A stretch of DNA of 64,000 nucleotides from Octopus sinensis (lineage: Eukaryota): contig NC_043005.1 in assembly GCF_006345805.1 (NCBI RefSeq), positions 73,284,001-73,348,000 on the forward strand, read 5' to 3'. Of the stretch, positions 1-10,263 are shown piece by piece (the first letter of the stretch is position 1; every line of letters starts with the position of its first letter). The notes beneath the pieces were generated by a model, which searched no databases, was not told the origin of the DNA, and saw only the letters and a program-made list of their open reading frames with translations. A program made the position numbers and the translations under genes.

Positions 1-564
1 CGTTGGTAACAGGAGCAGCACCAACTGTAGCATCATTATCACCATCGTTATCATCACTTTCTTATCATTGGCATCTATAACGCTGTTTTCCCTTTTTTTT
101 CATCCAATTTTAAGTTCTTATTTGTTTTTGCATGTCTTTGTTTTTGTTTTGGTTCTTATTTTTTTTCTTATCTTTTTTCATCATTGTCTTTATCGTTATC
201 GGTATATTATCAGGACTTGGAAGCTGTTTAGCAATTGGAGCAGCTGTAGAGTCGGTTAGTGAGGTGTATAACTAGATGTTATTATCGGAGCCGAGATTTC
301 TGTAAGACGACAACGACAACGACGGCTACCGAAGCAGCAGAGGCAAACACAGCAAAAACATCATAATGATGATGATGATGAGGAGGAGGAGGAGGAGGAG
401 GAGGAGGTGGAGGAGGATGTTCCTTTCTACAATAGGCACAAGGATAGCTGGGGAGGAGATAAGTGTGGGAGAGGGGATGAGTCAATTATTTCGATTCCAT
501 TTTATAACTGGGATTTATTGCATCGACCCCTAAGTGGTAAATTCGACCTCAGCGGAATTTTAAC

Positions 565-599
565 TCGAAACCGTAATAATAATAATAATAATAATACTA

Positions 600-641
<42 letters not shown>

Positions 642-649
642 TAATAATG

Positions 650-718
<69 letters not shown>

Positions 719-730
719 TAATAATAATAA

Positions 731-785
<55 letters not shown>

Positions 786-799
786 TGATAATAATAATT
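565..799. repeat. (AAT)n microsatellite
   Basis: Long, nearly pure AAT run directly upstream of the LINE fragment at 800. Confidence 0.95.
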
Positions 800-1107
800 C
801 CTAGGATCTCTAGGAATGATAAAAAAAAAGGTACTGAAACCTATTTGAAAATGATTCCAGGCTCACCATCCCTACAGGAAGTGCAAAAAATCGTATTAAC
901 TGGAACGGCTCATGTACTGAGAAGAGCACTATCGCTGTGAAAATAACATCCATCCATGAATTCATTTATTTATAAATTTTTAAATACATATTTTATCTGT
1001 GAATTTGCGCGTGTAATCTGGGAATGCATACAATGCCCTTCTCTGCCCTGGGTGTATGGAAAACACTTGGCGAGAAACGGAAGAAAATTTGAAGAAAGAA
1101 GGAAAAA
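800..1107 (+). mobile_element. 5'-truncated R4/Dong-clade non-LTR retrotransposon, extreme 3' end
   Basis: Manual translation gives LGSLGMIKK-GTETYLKMIPGSPSLQEVQKIVLTGTAHVLRRALSL*, the C-terminus that follows the REL endonuclease. It parallels IGALGMIAKGADSYLTQIPGNPNMAEVQKIVL in the 10465-10884 ORF. A ~170-bp 3'UTR follows, with (AAT)n on both sides. Confidence 0.85.
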
Positions 1108-1165
1108 ATAATAATAATAATAATAATAAAATAATAATAATAATAGTAGTAGTAGTAGCAGCAGC

Positions 1166-1215
<50 letters not shown>

Positions 1216-1295
1216 CAGCAGCAGCAGCAGCAGCAGCAGCACCAGCAGCAGCACCAGCAGCACCAGCAGCAGCACCAGCAGCACCAGCAGCAGCC

Positions 1296-1326
<31 letters not shown>

Positions 1327-1330
1327 ACAA
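1108..1330. repeat. Compound trinucleotide microsatellite (AAT)/(AGT)/(AGC)/(ACC-AGC)/(AGT)
   Basis: In-phase blocks seen directly; source of the spurious ORFs at 970-1442. Confidence 0.95.
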
Positions 1331-1335
1331 TGCAC

Positions 1336-1798
1336 GTGTTATCATGTACATAGTTTTGTCTTGTTATAAAAGATGGGCTACAACAAATATTCTGCTCAAT
1401 ACCGCAGATTTGCTAGTCAGTTGTTTGTCCTCAACCAGTTGAGCATGTCCCTTAGTGGTTGACAATATGTGAATCTCTGATCACGAGCAGAAGTAGTTGG
1501 GGAGCATCATACCCTTGTGTTGAGAGGGATTCTTTGGGAGTTGAACAATTCACCTCTGGAAACATGGGTGGTTCGTTCAACATCCTTTAACAATCTTTAT
1601 TCAGGGACCTTTTCAGCGGGATGGGTTACTCGACCAGAAGAAATTTCTAACTGGGCCCCATAAGATCACCATGTCGCACACATATGGTTGTGATGCATGC
1701 GCCTAGTGTACCATTATCAGACGGGTAGTATGATGGGTATACTGGGCTTCGTATATTTTACCCACGTGTCACTTTGATGGCATACACTGCCATCACTC
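1336..1798 (+). mobile_element. Unclassified ~550-bp AAT-associated element, 5'-truncated copy with internal deletion
   Basis: Reverse-complement match to 3343-3898 and 47631-48180; ends ...catcactc followed by (AAT)n. Confidence 0.8.
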
Positions 1799-1876
<78 letters not shown>

Positions 1877-1897
1877 TCATTCTTTTATTGGCCACAA

Positions 1898-2101
1898 TAT
1901 CTTATCCTTTCTACTATAGGCACAAGGCCTAAAACTTTGGGGGAAGGGGCATGTCGATTACATCGACCCAGTACTCAACTAGTACTTAATTTATTGACCC
2001 CGAAAAGATGAAAGTTAAAGTTAAACGCGGTGGAATTTGAACTCAGAACATAATGGCATACGAAATACCGATAAGAATTTCGCTCGGCGTGCTAACGATT
2101 C
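1898..2101 (-). mobile_element. tRNA-derived SINE, family B
   Basis: Matches the 30005-30235 copy (gagttcaaattcc B box; ttcatctttcggggtc domain). Confidence 0.75.
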
Positions 2102-2139
<38 letters not shown>

Positions 2140-2519
2140 TAATAATAATAATAATATTAATTACATTATTTTCAACTTTTTCACAATGCGAGCAATTTCG
2201 AGGAAAGCGACGAAGTTGATTACATCGACTTTCGTACTTGGCTGGTGTTTTATTTTATCGACACTTGTCCAAAAGATACTCGTTTTATTGACTCCGACTA
2301 GAAACGAAGGGGAAAGATAACTCCCGTAGTATTTGAACTCTCGTATGTGTATGTATGCTTGCATTTATGTGTGCATGTATGCATGTATGTGTGCGTTTAT
2401 ATATGTGTGTGTATATGTAAACATAGGTGGGTGTGCATGGTTTTTTCTATTTAATCCTGAAAGTGTTATTTATGTAACGCAAGCACTCATTCATTTTTAC
2501 CTGTATATATATATAATAT

Positions 2520-2555
<36 letters not shown>

Positions 2556-2632
2556 GATATATATATATATATACATACATACATACGTACATACATATAT
2601 ACTTACATGCATATCCGCATCTCTCCCCCTTT

Positions 2633-2677
<45 letters not shown>

Positions 2678-3043
2678 CATACATACGTACATACATATAT
2701 ACTTACATACATATCCGCATCTCTCCCCCTTTTTCTGTATATATATATATATATATGTTTAATCCCCACCCCCAATAAAACTGAAGAAAAAACACAAGAA
2801 AAAAACAACAACACGAGTACATGGTACATGCAAAGTATTAAAAGACGCTCAAGGAAGGAAAGAAAAGGCGCTTTACGTTTCTTATATATGAGAGTGAGTT
2901 GGGAGATAAAGAGACTTTACTGTGAACATCGTTACCATATGTTTGACAACATACCAGCCATATTATCTAGATATCATCGCTTATAAACTGACTTCAAAAT
3001 TATTTTACACCGCCTCTTCACTAACAAAATAGTATTATCATTA

Positions 3044-3044
<1 letters not shown>

Positions 3045-3107
<63 letters not shown>

Positions 3108-3109
3108 CA

Positions 3110-3193
<84 letters not shown>

Positions 3194-3195
3194 CA

Positions 3196-3233
<38 letters not shown>

Positions 3234-3283
3234 CATTATTATTATTGTTATTATAATTATTATTATTATTATTATTATTATTA

Positions 3284-3318
<35 letters not shown>

Positions 3319-3342
3319 GTTGTTATTATTATTATTATTATT
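3045..3342. repeat. (ATT)n microsatellite
   Basis: About 300 bp of ATT repeat; forms the 3' flank of the element at 3343-3898. Confidence 0.95.
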
Positions 3343-3896
3343 GAGTGAGAGAGCAGTTCATGCCATCAAAGTGACACTGGGGTAAAATATACGAAGCCCA
3401 ATATACCCATCATGACTACCCGTCTGATAAAGGTACACCAGGCACATGCATCACAACCATATGTGCGCGACATGGTGATCTCATATCAAGATAAACAGCA
3501 CATGACCTTGCAGGTGGGGCCCAGTTAGAATTTTCTTCAGGTTGAGTAGCCCATCCTGCTCAAACGGTCCCTGAATAAGGGTTGCTTTAGGATGTTGAAC
3601 GAAACACCTATGTTTCCAGAGGTGAACCATTCAAACTCCAAAGAATCCCTCTCAACACATGGCCATGATGCTCCCCCACTACTTCTGCTCGTGATCAGAG
3701 ATGCACATATCGTCAGCCACTAAGGAACATGCTCAACTGGTTAAGGACAAACAACTGACAAGCAAATCTGTGGTATTGAGCAGAATATTTGCTGTAGCCC
3801 ATCTTTTATACCAAGACAAAACAATGTACATGATAACACTTCCAATCAGTTAAGATCAGAAGCCATGAGAGCCACTGCCTGGTACTGCATCAGGGC

Positions 3897-3898
<2 letters not shown>
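3343..3898 (-). mobile_element. Unclassified ~550-bp AAT-associated element, full-length copy
   Basis: On the minus strand it starts atgccctgatgcagtaccaggc and ends ctctctcactc(aat)n. ATT repeats flank both sides. No long ORF. Confidence 0.85.
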
Positions 3899-3927
<29 letters not shown>

Positions 3928-3929
<2 letters not shown>

Positions 3930-4078
3930 TCTTTTTCTCTTTACTCTATTACTCTCTTTTACTTGTTTCAGTCATGTGACTGTGGCCCATGCTGGAGCAC
4001 CGCCTTTAGTAGAGCAAATCGACCCCAGGACATATTCTTTGTAAGCGTAGTACTTATTCTATCGGTATCTTTTTGCAG
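3928..4078 (-). mobile_element. SINE family A, 3' tail fragment
   Basis: Matches the 3' part of 45613-46026 (ggcggtgctccagcatgg...tgactgaaacaagtaaaagag). Confidence 0.8.
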
Positions 4079-4109
4079 GGAGAGCGACGCCAGCAGCGAT
4101 AGCGGCGGT

Positions 4110-4545
4110 ACCGGAGCGGCGCATAACAGCAGCAGCGGCGGCAGCGGCAGCAGCAGCAGCAGGGGTGGTGGTTGTGGTGGTAGTGGTGGTGGTGGTGTGG
4201 TGATGTGGTGGTGGTTGTGGTGGTGGTGGTGGTGGTGGTGGTGTGGTGGTGGTGTGGTGGTGGTGTTGGTGGTGTTGTTGTTGTGGTGGTGGTGGTGGTG
4301 GTGGTGCGGTGGTGGTGATGGTGGTGGTGGTAGTGTGGTGGTGGTGGTGGTAGTGTGGTGGTGGTGGTGGTGGCGGTGGTTTTGTGGTGTGGTCGTGGTG
4401 GTGGTGGTGGTGGTGGTGGGGTGGTGGTGTTGTGGTGGTGTTGGTGTGGTGTTGTTGTTGTTGTTGTTGTTGTGGTGGTGGTGGTGGTGGTGGAATTGGT
4501 GGTGGTGGTTGTGGCATTGGTGGTGGTGGTGGCATTGGTGGTGGG
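4110..4545. repeat. Degenerate (GGT)n/(GTT)n low-complexity tract
   Basis: Seen directly; source of the poly-Trp/Val/Thr/Pro ORFs. Confidence 0.95.
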
Positions 4546-4844
4546 TATAGTGCCTGCTGATGTCACGTTGGATAAACGAGTTATGCTATTTCTCAGTTGA
4601 TTTTTGACAAAATATATAATGCAGTTTGTTATTGCTATCTAGACATGAGTAATGTTGTTTATGAAAACAAAACAAATCATTATAAGGAATATAACAGTCT
4701 TATTTAAAACCTAAACATGCATAACAGTGTCACTGTCTTTTCTCTGCCCTGTACAGAAATTTGGGCAGAAATACGTATGTCGGCTACATGCCTACCTACT
4801 TATGGTTTTATGTACATGCTTCCGCCGGCATCTGTATTACTCAT

Positions 4845-4867
4845 ACGTATGTATGTACGTATGTATG

Positions 4868-4901
<34 letters not shown>

Positions 4902-5210
4902 TGTATGTATGTATGTAGGTAGGTAGGTAGGTAGGTAGGTCGGTAGGTAGGTAGGTAGGTAGGTAAGTAAGTATGTATGTATGTATGTATGTATGTATGT
5001 ATGTATGTAGATACGTATGTATGTATGTATGTAGGTACGTACGTACGTATGTATGTATGCATGCATGTATGAATGTATGAATGTATGTATGTATGTATAT
5101 ATGTATGTATGTATGTATGTATGTAGTATGTATGTATGTATGTATGTATGGATGGATGGATGGATGGATGGATCGATGGATGGATGGATGGACGGATGGA
5201 TGAATGGATA
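4845..5210. repeat. Compound tetranucleotide array (TATG)/(TAGG)/(GATG)
   Basis: Seen directly. Confidence 0.95.
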
Positions 5211-5630
5211 TCATTATTCAGTTTCGTTTCAAGATTTCTTGCCAATAGAAAAATAGCCGGTTTCTTACCTAGATCAAAGGCTCCTTCATTGGAATTTCAA
5301 CATCAACGTATTTATATATGTATGTATATATACGTAGGTATATATACGTGCAGGTTCGCATGCTTTCTTTTATGTATGCATTCTCATTTATAGAGTTGCG
5401 TATCTAGACATGCTCATATGTACTTAAATGATAAACTTCTCACAAATATTTACAGATTTTTTCACAGAAAGTGCTACAGATTTCTACAGTTCCAAAGATC
5501 GATTGGATCCGTAATATTCGAATTTATGTATGTATGTATGTATGTATTTATGTATGTATATATGTATGTATGTATGTTTGTATGTATGTATGTATGTATA
5601 TGTGGGTATGTACGTATGTATATATGTATC

Positions 5631-5752
5631 CTGTTTTACTATTATACTTCTTTCAGTCATTTGACTGCGGCCATGCTGCAGCATTGCCTTTAGTCGAGCC
5701 AATCGACTACAGGACTTATTATTTGGAAGCTTAGTACTTATTCTATTGGTCA
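5631..5752 (-). mobile_element. SINE family A, 3' tail fragment
   Basis: cagtcatttgactgcggccatgctgcagcattgcctttagtcgagc matches the family A tail. Confidence 0.75.
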
Positions 5753-6494
5753 GTTTCGATATATATACACACACACATACATACTGATGAATGGGTGAAA
5801 GTGCAAGACCAAGTCCACTATAACACTTTAAGAATGATTTTGGAATTTCCCATATAGAAACAATAAAAAGATGCCACACAACTGTGAGGTATCCTGATCA
5901 GCAAATGTGAGGATTTAATTTTTACATACATATCTGCTTTTATTTATCCTACTTTCCTATATATATCCATGTAATATTTTGTTTTAGAAATTAAAAAAAA
6001 GTTTGGATATGTATTATACAACGCATCTCCTTCCGAATTTCTTATAAATTCTCCATTCTGCACTACACTGTGAAGAAAGTCCCATTTATTGCTCGTATCA
6101 GAAATCTTTGTTAGCATAGTTACCTCTATTTATTACAGTTTTTCTCAATAACAAGTTCTTTTGATATCTAGTTATATGCTATCGTGCAGTTCGTATTCAA
6201 AAGCGTGGTGTGCAGCAGACTAAATTAATACTCGGAAGCCTGTGTTTCTATATTTGCCAAAACCTTGCTGAGAAAGATCTGTCATCTTGTACTGTGGTAA
6301 CATATTTAAAAGAAATAATGTTGTCGGTGCGTTTAATTATTCCAGCAGCAATGTCTCAGTTTAGGAATTCAGTCAGGCGACAACTGACGTTAATGCGTGT
6401 GTGTGTGTCTCTGTGTTTGTGTGTGAGTGCGTGCATTTATGCACACACACACACACACACACACCACACACACACACATATATATATATATATG

Positions 6495-6534
<40 letters not shown>

Positions 6535-6679
6535 TATATATATACATATATATATATATTTTAATATATATATATACACATATATACATATAGGAATACA
6601 TACAGATATATATATATACATATATATATATGTATGTGTATATATATATATGTATGTATGTGTTATATATATATATGTG

Positions 6680-6711
<32 letters not shown>

Positions 6712-6762
6712 TAATGTGTATATATATATACATGTGTATATATATATATATGTGAGCTTTCT

Positions 6763-6799
<37 letters not shown>

Positions 6800-7129
6800 G
6801 CTTATATGAATGTATACATACATACACACATACACTCACAAACACAGACACAAATATTTATATATAGTGAAATACAGCGACAGAAACAGACGTACAGAGC
6901 AACAGACAGACAGACTCATATAGACGTATGTCTCTCAATTTGATGGTGTTCCAATACAGAAACTTTGAAAATATTCAGGTTAATGCATTTGATGTCATAT
7001 CAAAGCGTTATTTTCGCAAATTATGTATGTACACACATAAGGTGGCGAACAGTCAGCATGATTACCACCCCGAAGAAATTACTTCGCCACATCTTTGCTG
7101 GCCTCATATTCTGAACATTATTTACATTA

Positions 7130-7524
7130 CTAGCAGTATCGCCCAGCGTTGCTCGGGTTTGTTTCGACCCTTTAGAATTTAAATATTTGAAAAGTAATAA
7201 TTTTGCATCATATAGCTTGTTATTCTCTTTGAGTGAACATTTTTTCTGCTTGAAATACACCGAAAAATGGCGACACAGCAGTCAAAAAATCGTAAAAAAT
7301 TGGGATTTTCATAGAAAAAAAAGCACCTTTTTGATGTAAATAATGTTTGGTCTTAACATGGTCCGATTTGAATTTTGTCTTCTACCGAAGGAAGAGTAAG
7401 CCTTCTTCTATAATACTCTCAATTTTGTTCAACTTGAGCCGCAGGGTCTCGGGGGAGAAAAGTGTTAGTTGAAGGCTACCAAACCTGCCATACAGAGACA
7501 ATTTCAGCTTTATATATTTAGAGA
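7130..7524 (-). mobile_element. Non-autonomous Helitron (~395 bp)
   Basis: Minus strand reads A|TCTCTAAATATATAAAGCTG...CCCGAGCAACGCTGGG-cgatactg-CTAG|T: TC start, subterminal hairpin, CTAG end, inserted in A|T. Homologous to 8558-8950. Confidence 0.85.
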
Positions 7525-7525
7525 T

Positions 7526-7640
7526 TTACAATCGACGAATATTTGTCCTCATCTTGTTTGTTGTTAACACAGCGTTTCGGCTGATATACTCTCCAGCCTT
7601 CATCGGGTGTATTGGGGAAATTTCAAACCTGGGTTCTCAT
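7526..7640 (-). mobile_element. Hammerhead-motif repeat, copy 1 (tail continues at 7111-7129 beyond the Helitron)
   Basis: Minus strand reads tacac CCGATGA aggctg gagagtatat cagcc GAAACGCT gtgtt. Homologous to 10031-10180. Confidence 0.75.
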
Positions 7641-7643
7641 TTA

Positions 7644-7745
7644 CCCAAGACACATGAAGGCTGGAGGGTATATCATCCGAAACGTTAACAACAAACGAGG
7701 GCAAATATCCATCAATTGTAAATAATGTAAATAATGTAAATAATT
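7644..7745 (+). mobile_element. Hammerhead-motif repeat, copy 2 (decayed)
   Basis: Reads gacac-ATGA aggctg gagggtatat catcc GAAACGTT aacaac..., with small deletions and an (AATGTAAAT)3 tail. Confidence 0.75.
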
Positions 7746-8557
7746 CCTCATCTCTTAAATATAGAACTTTATTCATATTCTGAGTATAAATACAGCCGAG
7801 ATCGACTTTGCCTTGCAGTGTTTCGGAGTAAATAAAATAAGTACCAGCTGGCCACTGGGATCGATGCCACCGACCTAGTCTGATCTCCTAATGTTTTAGA
7901 CATTGTACCTATAGTAGAAACGCTATACATGTACACACACATACACACAACTGTAAATATAGATACTCACACACGTATATATGTATGTATATATATATCA
8001 ATGTTTATATAGATAGTGTTTAATAGATAGTGTGTATGTGTACATATTTACAATACACACACACACACATATGCATACATGTATCTGTGCATATGTGTAT
8101 GTTTAAGTTTATACTGTATACAATCAATCTGAATTATGACGGTCTGGAATAATTTTCTGAATGGGACAGAAATGGTTGTTGTTAAGTCTATATTTTTGAT
8201 GGATACTTTATTTTTGTTTTATCACGAGCGATAAAAATTCTTCGATTTACCTGTTTAGTTCACTTGAGGCAATTAATTTTTTTCATACAGTATTACTAAT
8301 CTCTTGTTTTTCTTTTTATTTTTGCATCTTCATCTTTATGGTTATTTTGTATTGATTTGCTATTACCGTTTATCTACATGTTTCAGCTAGTGAGCTGGTA
8401 GAAGTGTTGGCTGGTAGAAGTACTGGACGAAATACTTAGCGGAATTTAGTTCGTGTTTACACTCTGGGTTCAAATACCGCTTTCCCAATATTTTCAACCA
8501 TCAGAGAAATTTGAGACTTATGAAAGAAAAGCTTTGTATTAATCAGAACTTACGAAA

Positions 8558-8950
8558 TCTCTATCTATATAAAGCTGACGTTGTCTGTGTATGGCAGGTT
8601 TGGTAGCCTTCAACTAACACTATCTCCTCCGAGACCCTGCGGCGCAAGTTGACCAAAATTGGGAGTATGATAGAAGAAGGTTTGCTCTTCCTTCCGTAGA
8701 AGATAAAATTCAAATCGGACCATGTTCACACCAAAAATTATTTACATAAAAAAAGGGCTTTTTTTTCTATGAAAATCCGTATTTTTTACGATTTTTTGAC
8801 TGCTGTGTCGCCATTTTTCGGTGTATTTCAACCAGAAAAATGTTCACTTAAAGAGAATAACAAGCTACATGATGCAAAAGTTTTACTTTTCAAAAATTTT
8901 TATTCTAAAGGGTCGAAACAAACCCGAGCAACGCCGGGTGATACTGCTAG
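8558..8950 (+). mobile_element. Non-autonomous Helitron (~393 bp)
   Basis: Reads A|TCTCTATCTATATAAAGCTG...CCCGAGCAACGCCGGG-tgatactg-CTAG|T. Inverted homolog of 7130-7524. Confidence 0.85.
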
Positions 8951-9467
8951 TAAGAACTAAAGTACGAAGAGAAGTACAGATGCTTAGAACAAATCTATGA
9001 TAATGTCTTGGATAGATAAAGGGTTAAAGCAACACCGAGTCGTTTCAAGGAGATTAGTTTTCTATTATTAAGAGACATTTGCACTTTTGCTACCGATTCT
9101 TTATGACAATATGGATTACTCTCTAAAGTTTCTCAGAGCAGCTGAAGAATAAATGTACGTACAGGCTTAATATATTTTGGATAATAGATCTTAAAGTCTG
9201 TTATTTCATTGACCCTGCTGGGGGAAAATGTACGTTTAATCACCGAAGGTTTTTAAATGCCTAATGTAATCGAACAATGGAAATAATTTAGTCTGGCACC
9301 CTACTGTTTATTTCACTCAAAGCCCATGCCTCTTTTTATACTTACAAAGCAGATTTAAAGTATATTTCTGTTGTTGCAAGAAGCGTTGGCTAAATTTACT
9401 TAAGCAATCTTCCTAATACGCAGGTTTGCTTTCGAAAGACAACAAACCAAAATAATAATGACTTATT

Positions 9468-9722
9468 TGCGATCTTTCGGTACAAGTACCATAATTGACA
9501 ATTATAAACCCACGTGGGTTTATTTACATTTCTGAAGAAAAAAAAACCCTTTTCCCCCACCCCTAACCCTAACCCTAACCAAACCCTAACCCTAACCATA
9601 ACCATAACCATAACCCTAGCCCCACATATAAAAAAAAAAAAAAACTTTACGGACAGTGACGATCTTCTTCAAATGTAAACAAACAGACTTGGCAGTTATG
9701 GTACTTGTACCGAAAGATTGCC
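9468..9722. mobile_element. MITE-like element with ~29-bp inverted repeats enclosing (CCCTAA)n
   Basis: gcgatctttcggtacaagtaccataattg (9469-9497) is inverted to cagttatggtacttgtaccgaaagattgc (9693-9721). Telomere-like repeats lie at 9561-9619. No TSD seen. Confidence 0.6.
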
Positions 9723-10030
9723 GCTGCTTGTCGGTATTACTGGCAGGGAACAGAATATGTGTGATCCTGTATGTCCTGGTAATTTTACACTCTTAAATGG
9801 TATTCCCATGAAATCTTAAGAGCCCCGTTTCAAAACTAGTTTGCTTTATCAGAACCGGAAAATGCACCGTCCCTAGCAAATTTTGTTCCTTAACAAATAA
9901 AACCAACTACAACATAAAATATAAACATTGCATAACTGTATATAGCGCGAATTATTATCTACAAGTACAAAGCTAAATATTGAACGTAAATGCCTAAGAT
10001 ATAATTGCACTAAGACCACAAGAATGGTCA

Positions 10031-10180
10031 TTATTTACGTTATTTACATTCCATGGATATTTGTCCTCGTCTTGTTTGTTGTTAACACAACGTTTTGGCT
10101 GATATACCCTCCAGCCTTCTTCAGGTGTCTTGGGGAAATTTCGAACCTCGGTTCTCATTCCTAAGGTATTTTTCGATGTA
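10031..10180 (-). mobile_element. Hammerhead-motif repeat, copy 3 (best preserved)
   Basis: On the minus strand it follows (AAT)n: tacatcgaaaaataccttaggaatgagaaccgaggttcgaaatttccccaa-[HHR motif]-aacaacaaacaag..., then an aatgtaaataacgtaaataa tail. Confidence 0.8.
10084..10129 (-). ncRNA. Minimal type I hammerhead-ribozyme-like motif (G12 mutated in this copy)
   Basis: Reads GACAC CUGAAGA a GGCUG gaggguauau CAGCC aAAAC GUU GUGUU. Stem I is GACAC/GUGUU, stem II is GGCUG/CAGCC, stem III is the palindrome AACGUU. The G of GAAAC is present in copies 1 and 2. Confidence 0.6.
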
Positions 10181-10246
<66 letters not shown>

Positions 10247-10263
10247 ATTATTATTATTATTAT

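Noticed and set aside
3840-3898. U2 snRNA or HDV-ribozyme origin of the 550-bp element's end
   Set aside because: There are only short scattered matches to U2, and I could not assign P1/P2/P3 or a catalytic C for an HDV fold.
5784-5800. CTGATGA..GAAA as another hammerhead
   Set aside because: Only 6 nt separate the motifs, with no stem II and no stem I/III pairing.
68-6943. Many long ORFs (poly-I/L/V/T/Y, YIYI, MYVC repeats) here and throughout the window
   Set aside because: They are translations of stop-free microsatellites with no domain content or splice context.
9561-9619. Relic of a chromosome fusion or healed telomere
   Set aside because: The array is short, degenerate and enclosed by inverted repeats, so TE cargo explains it better.
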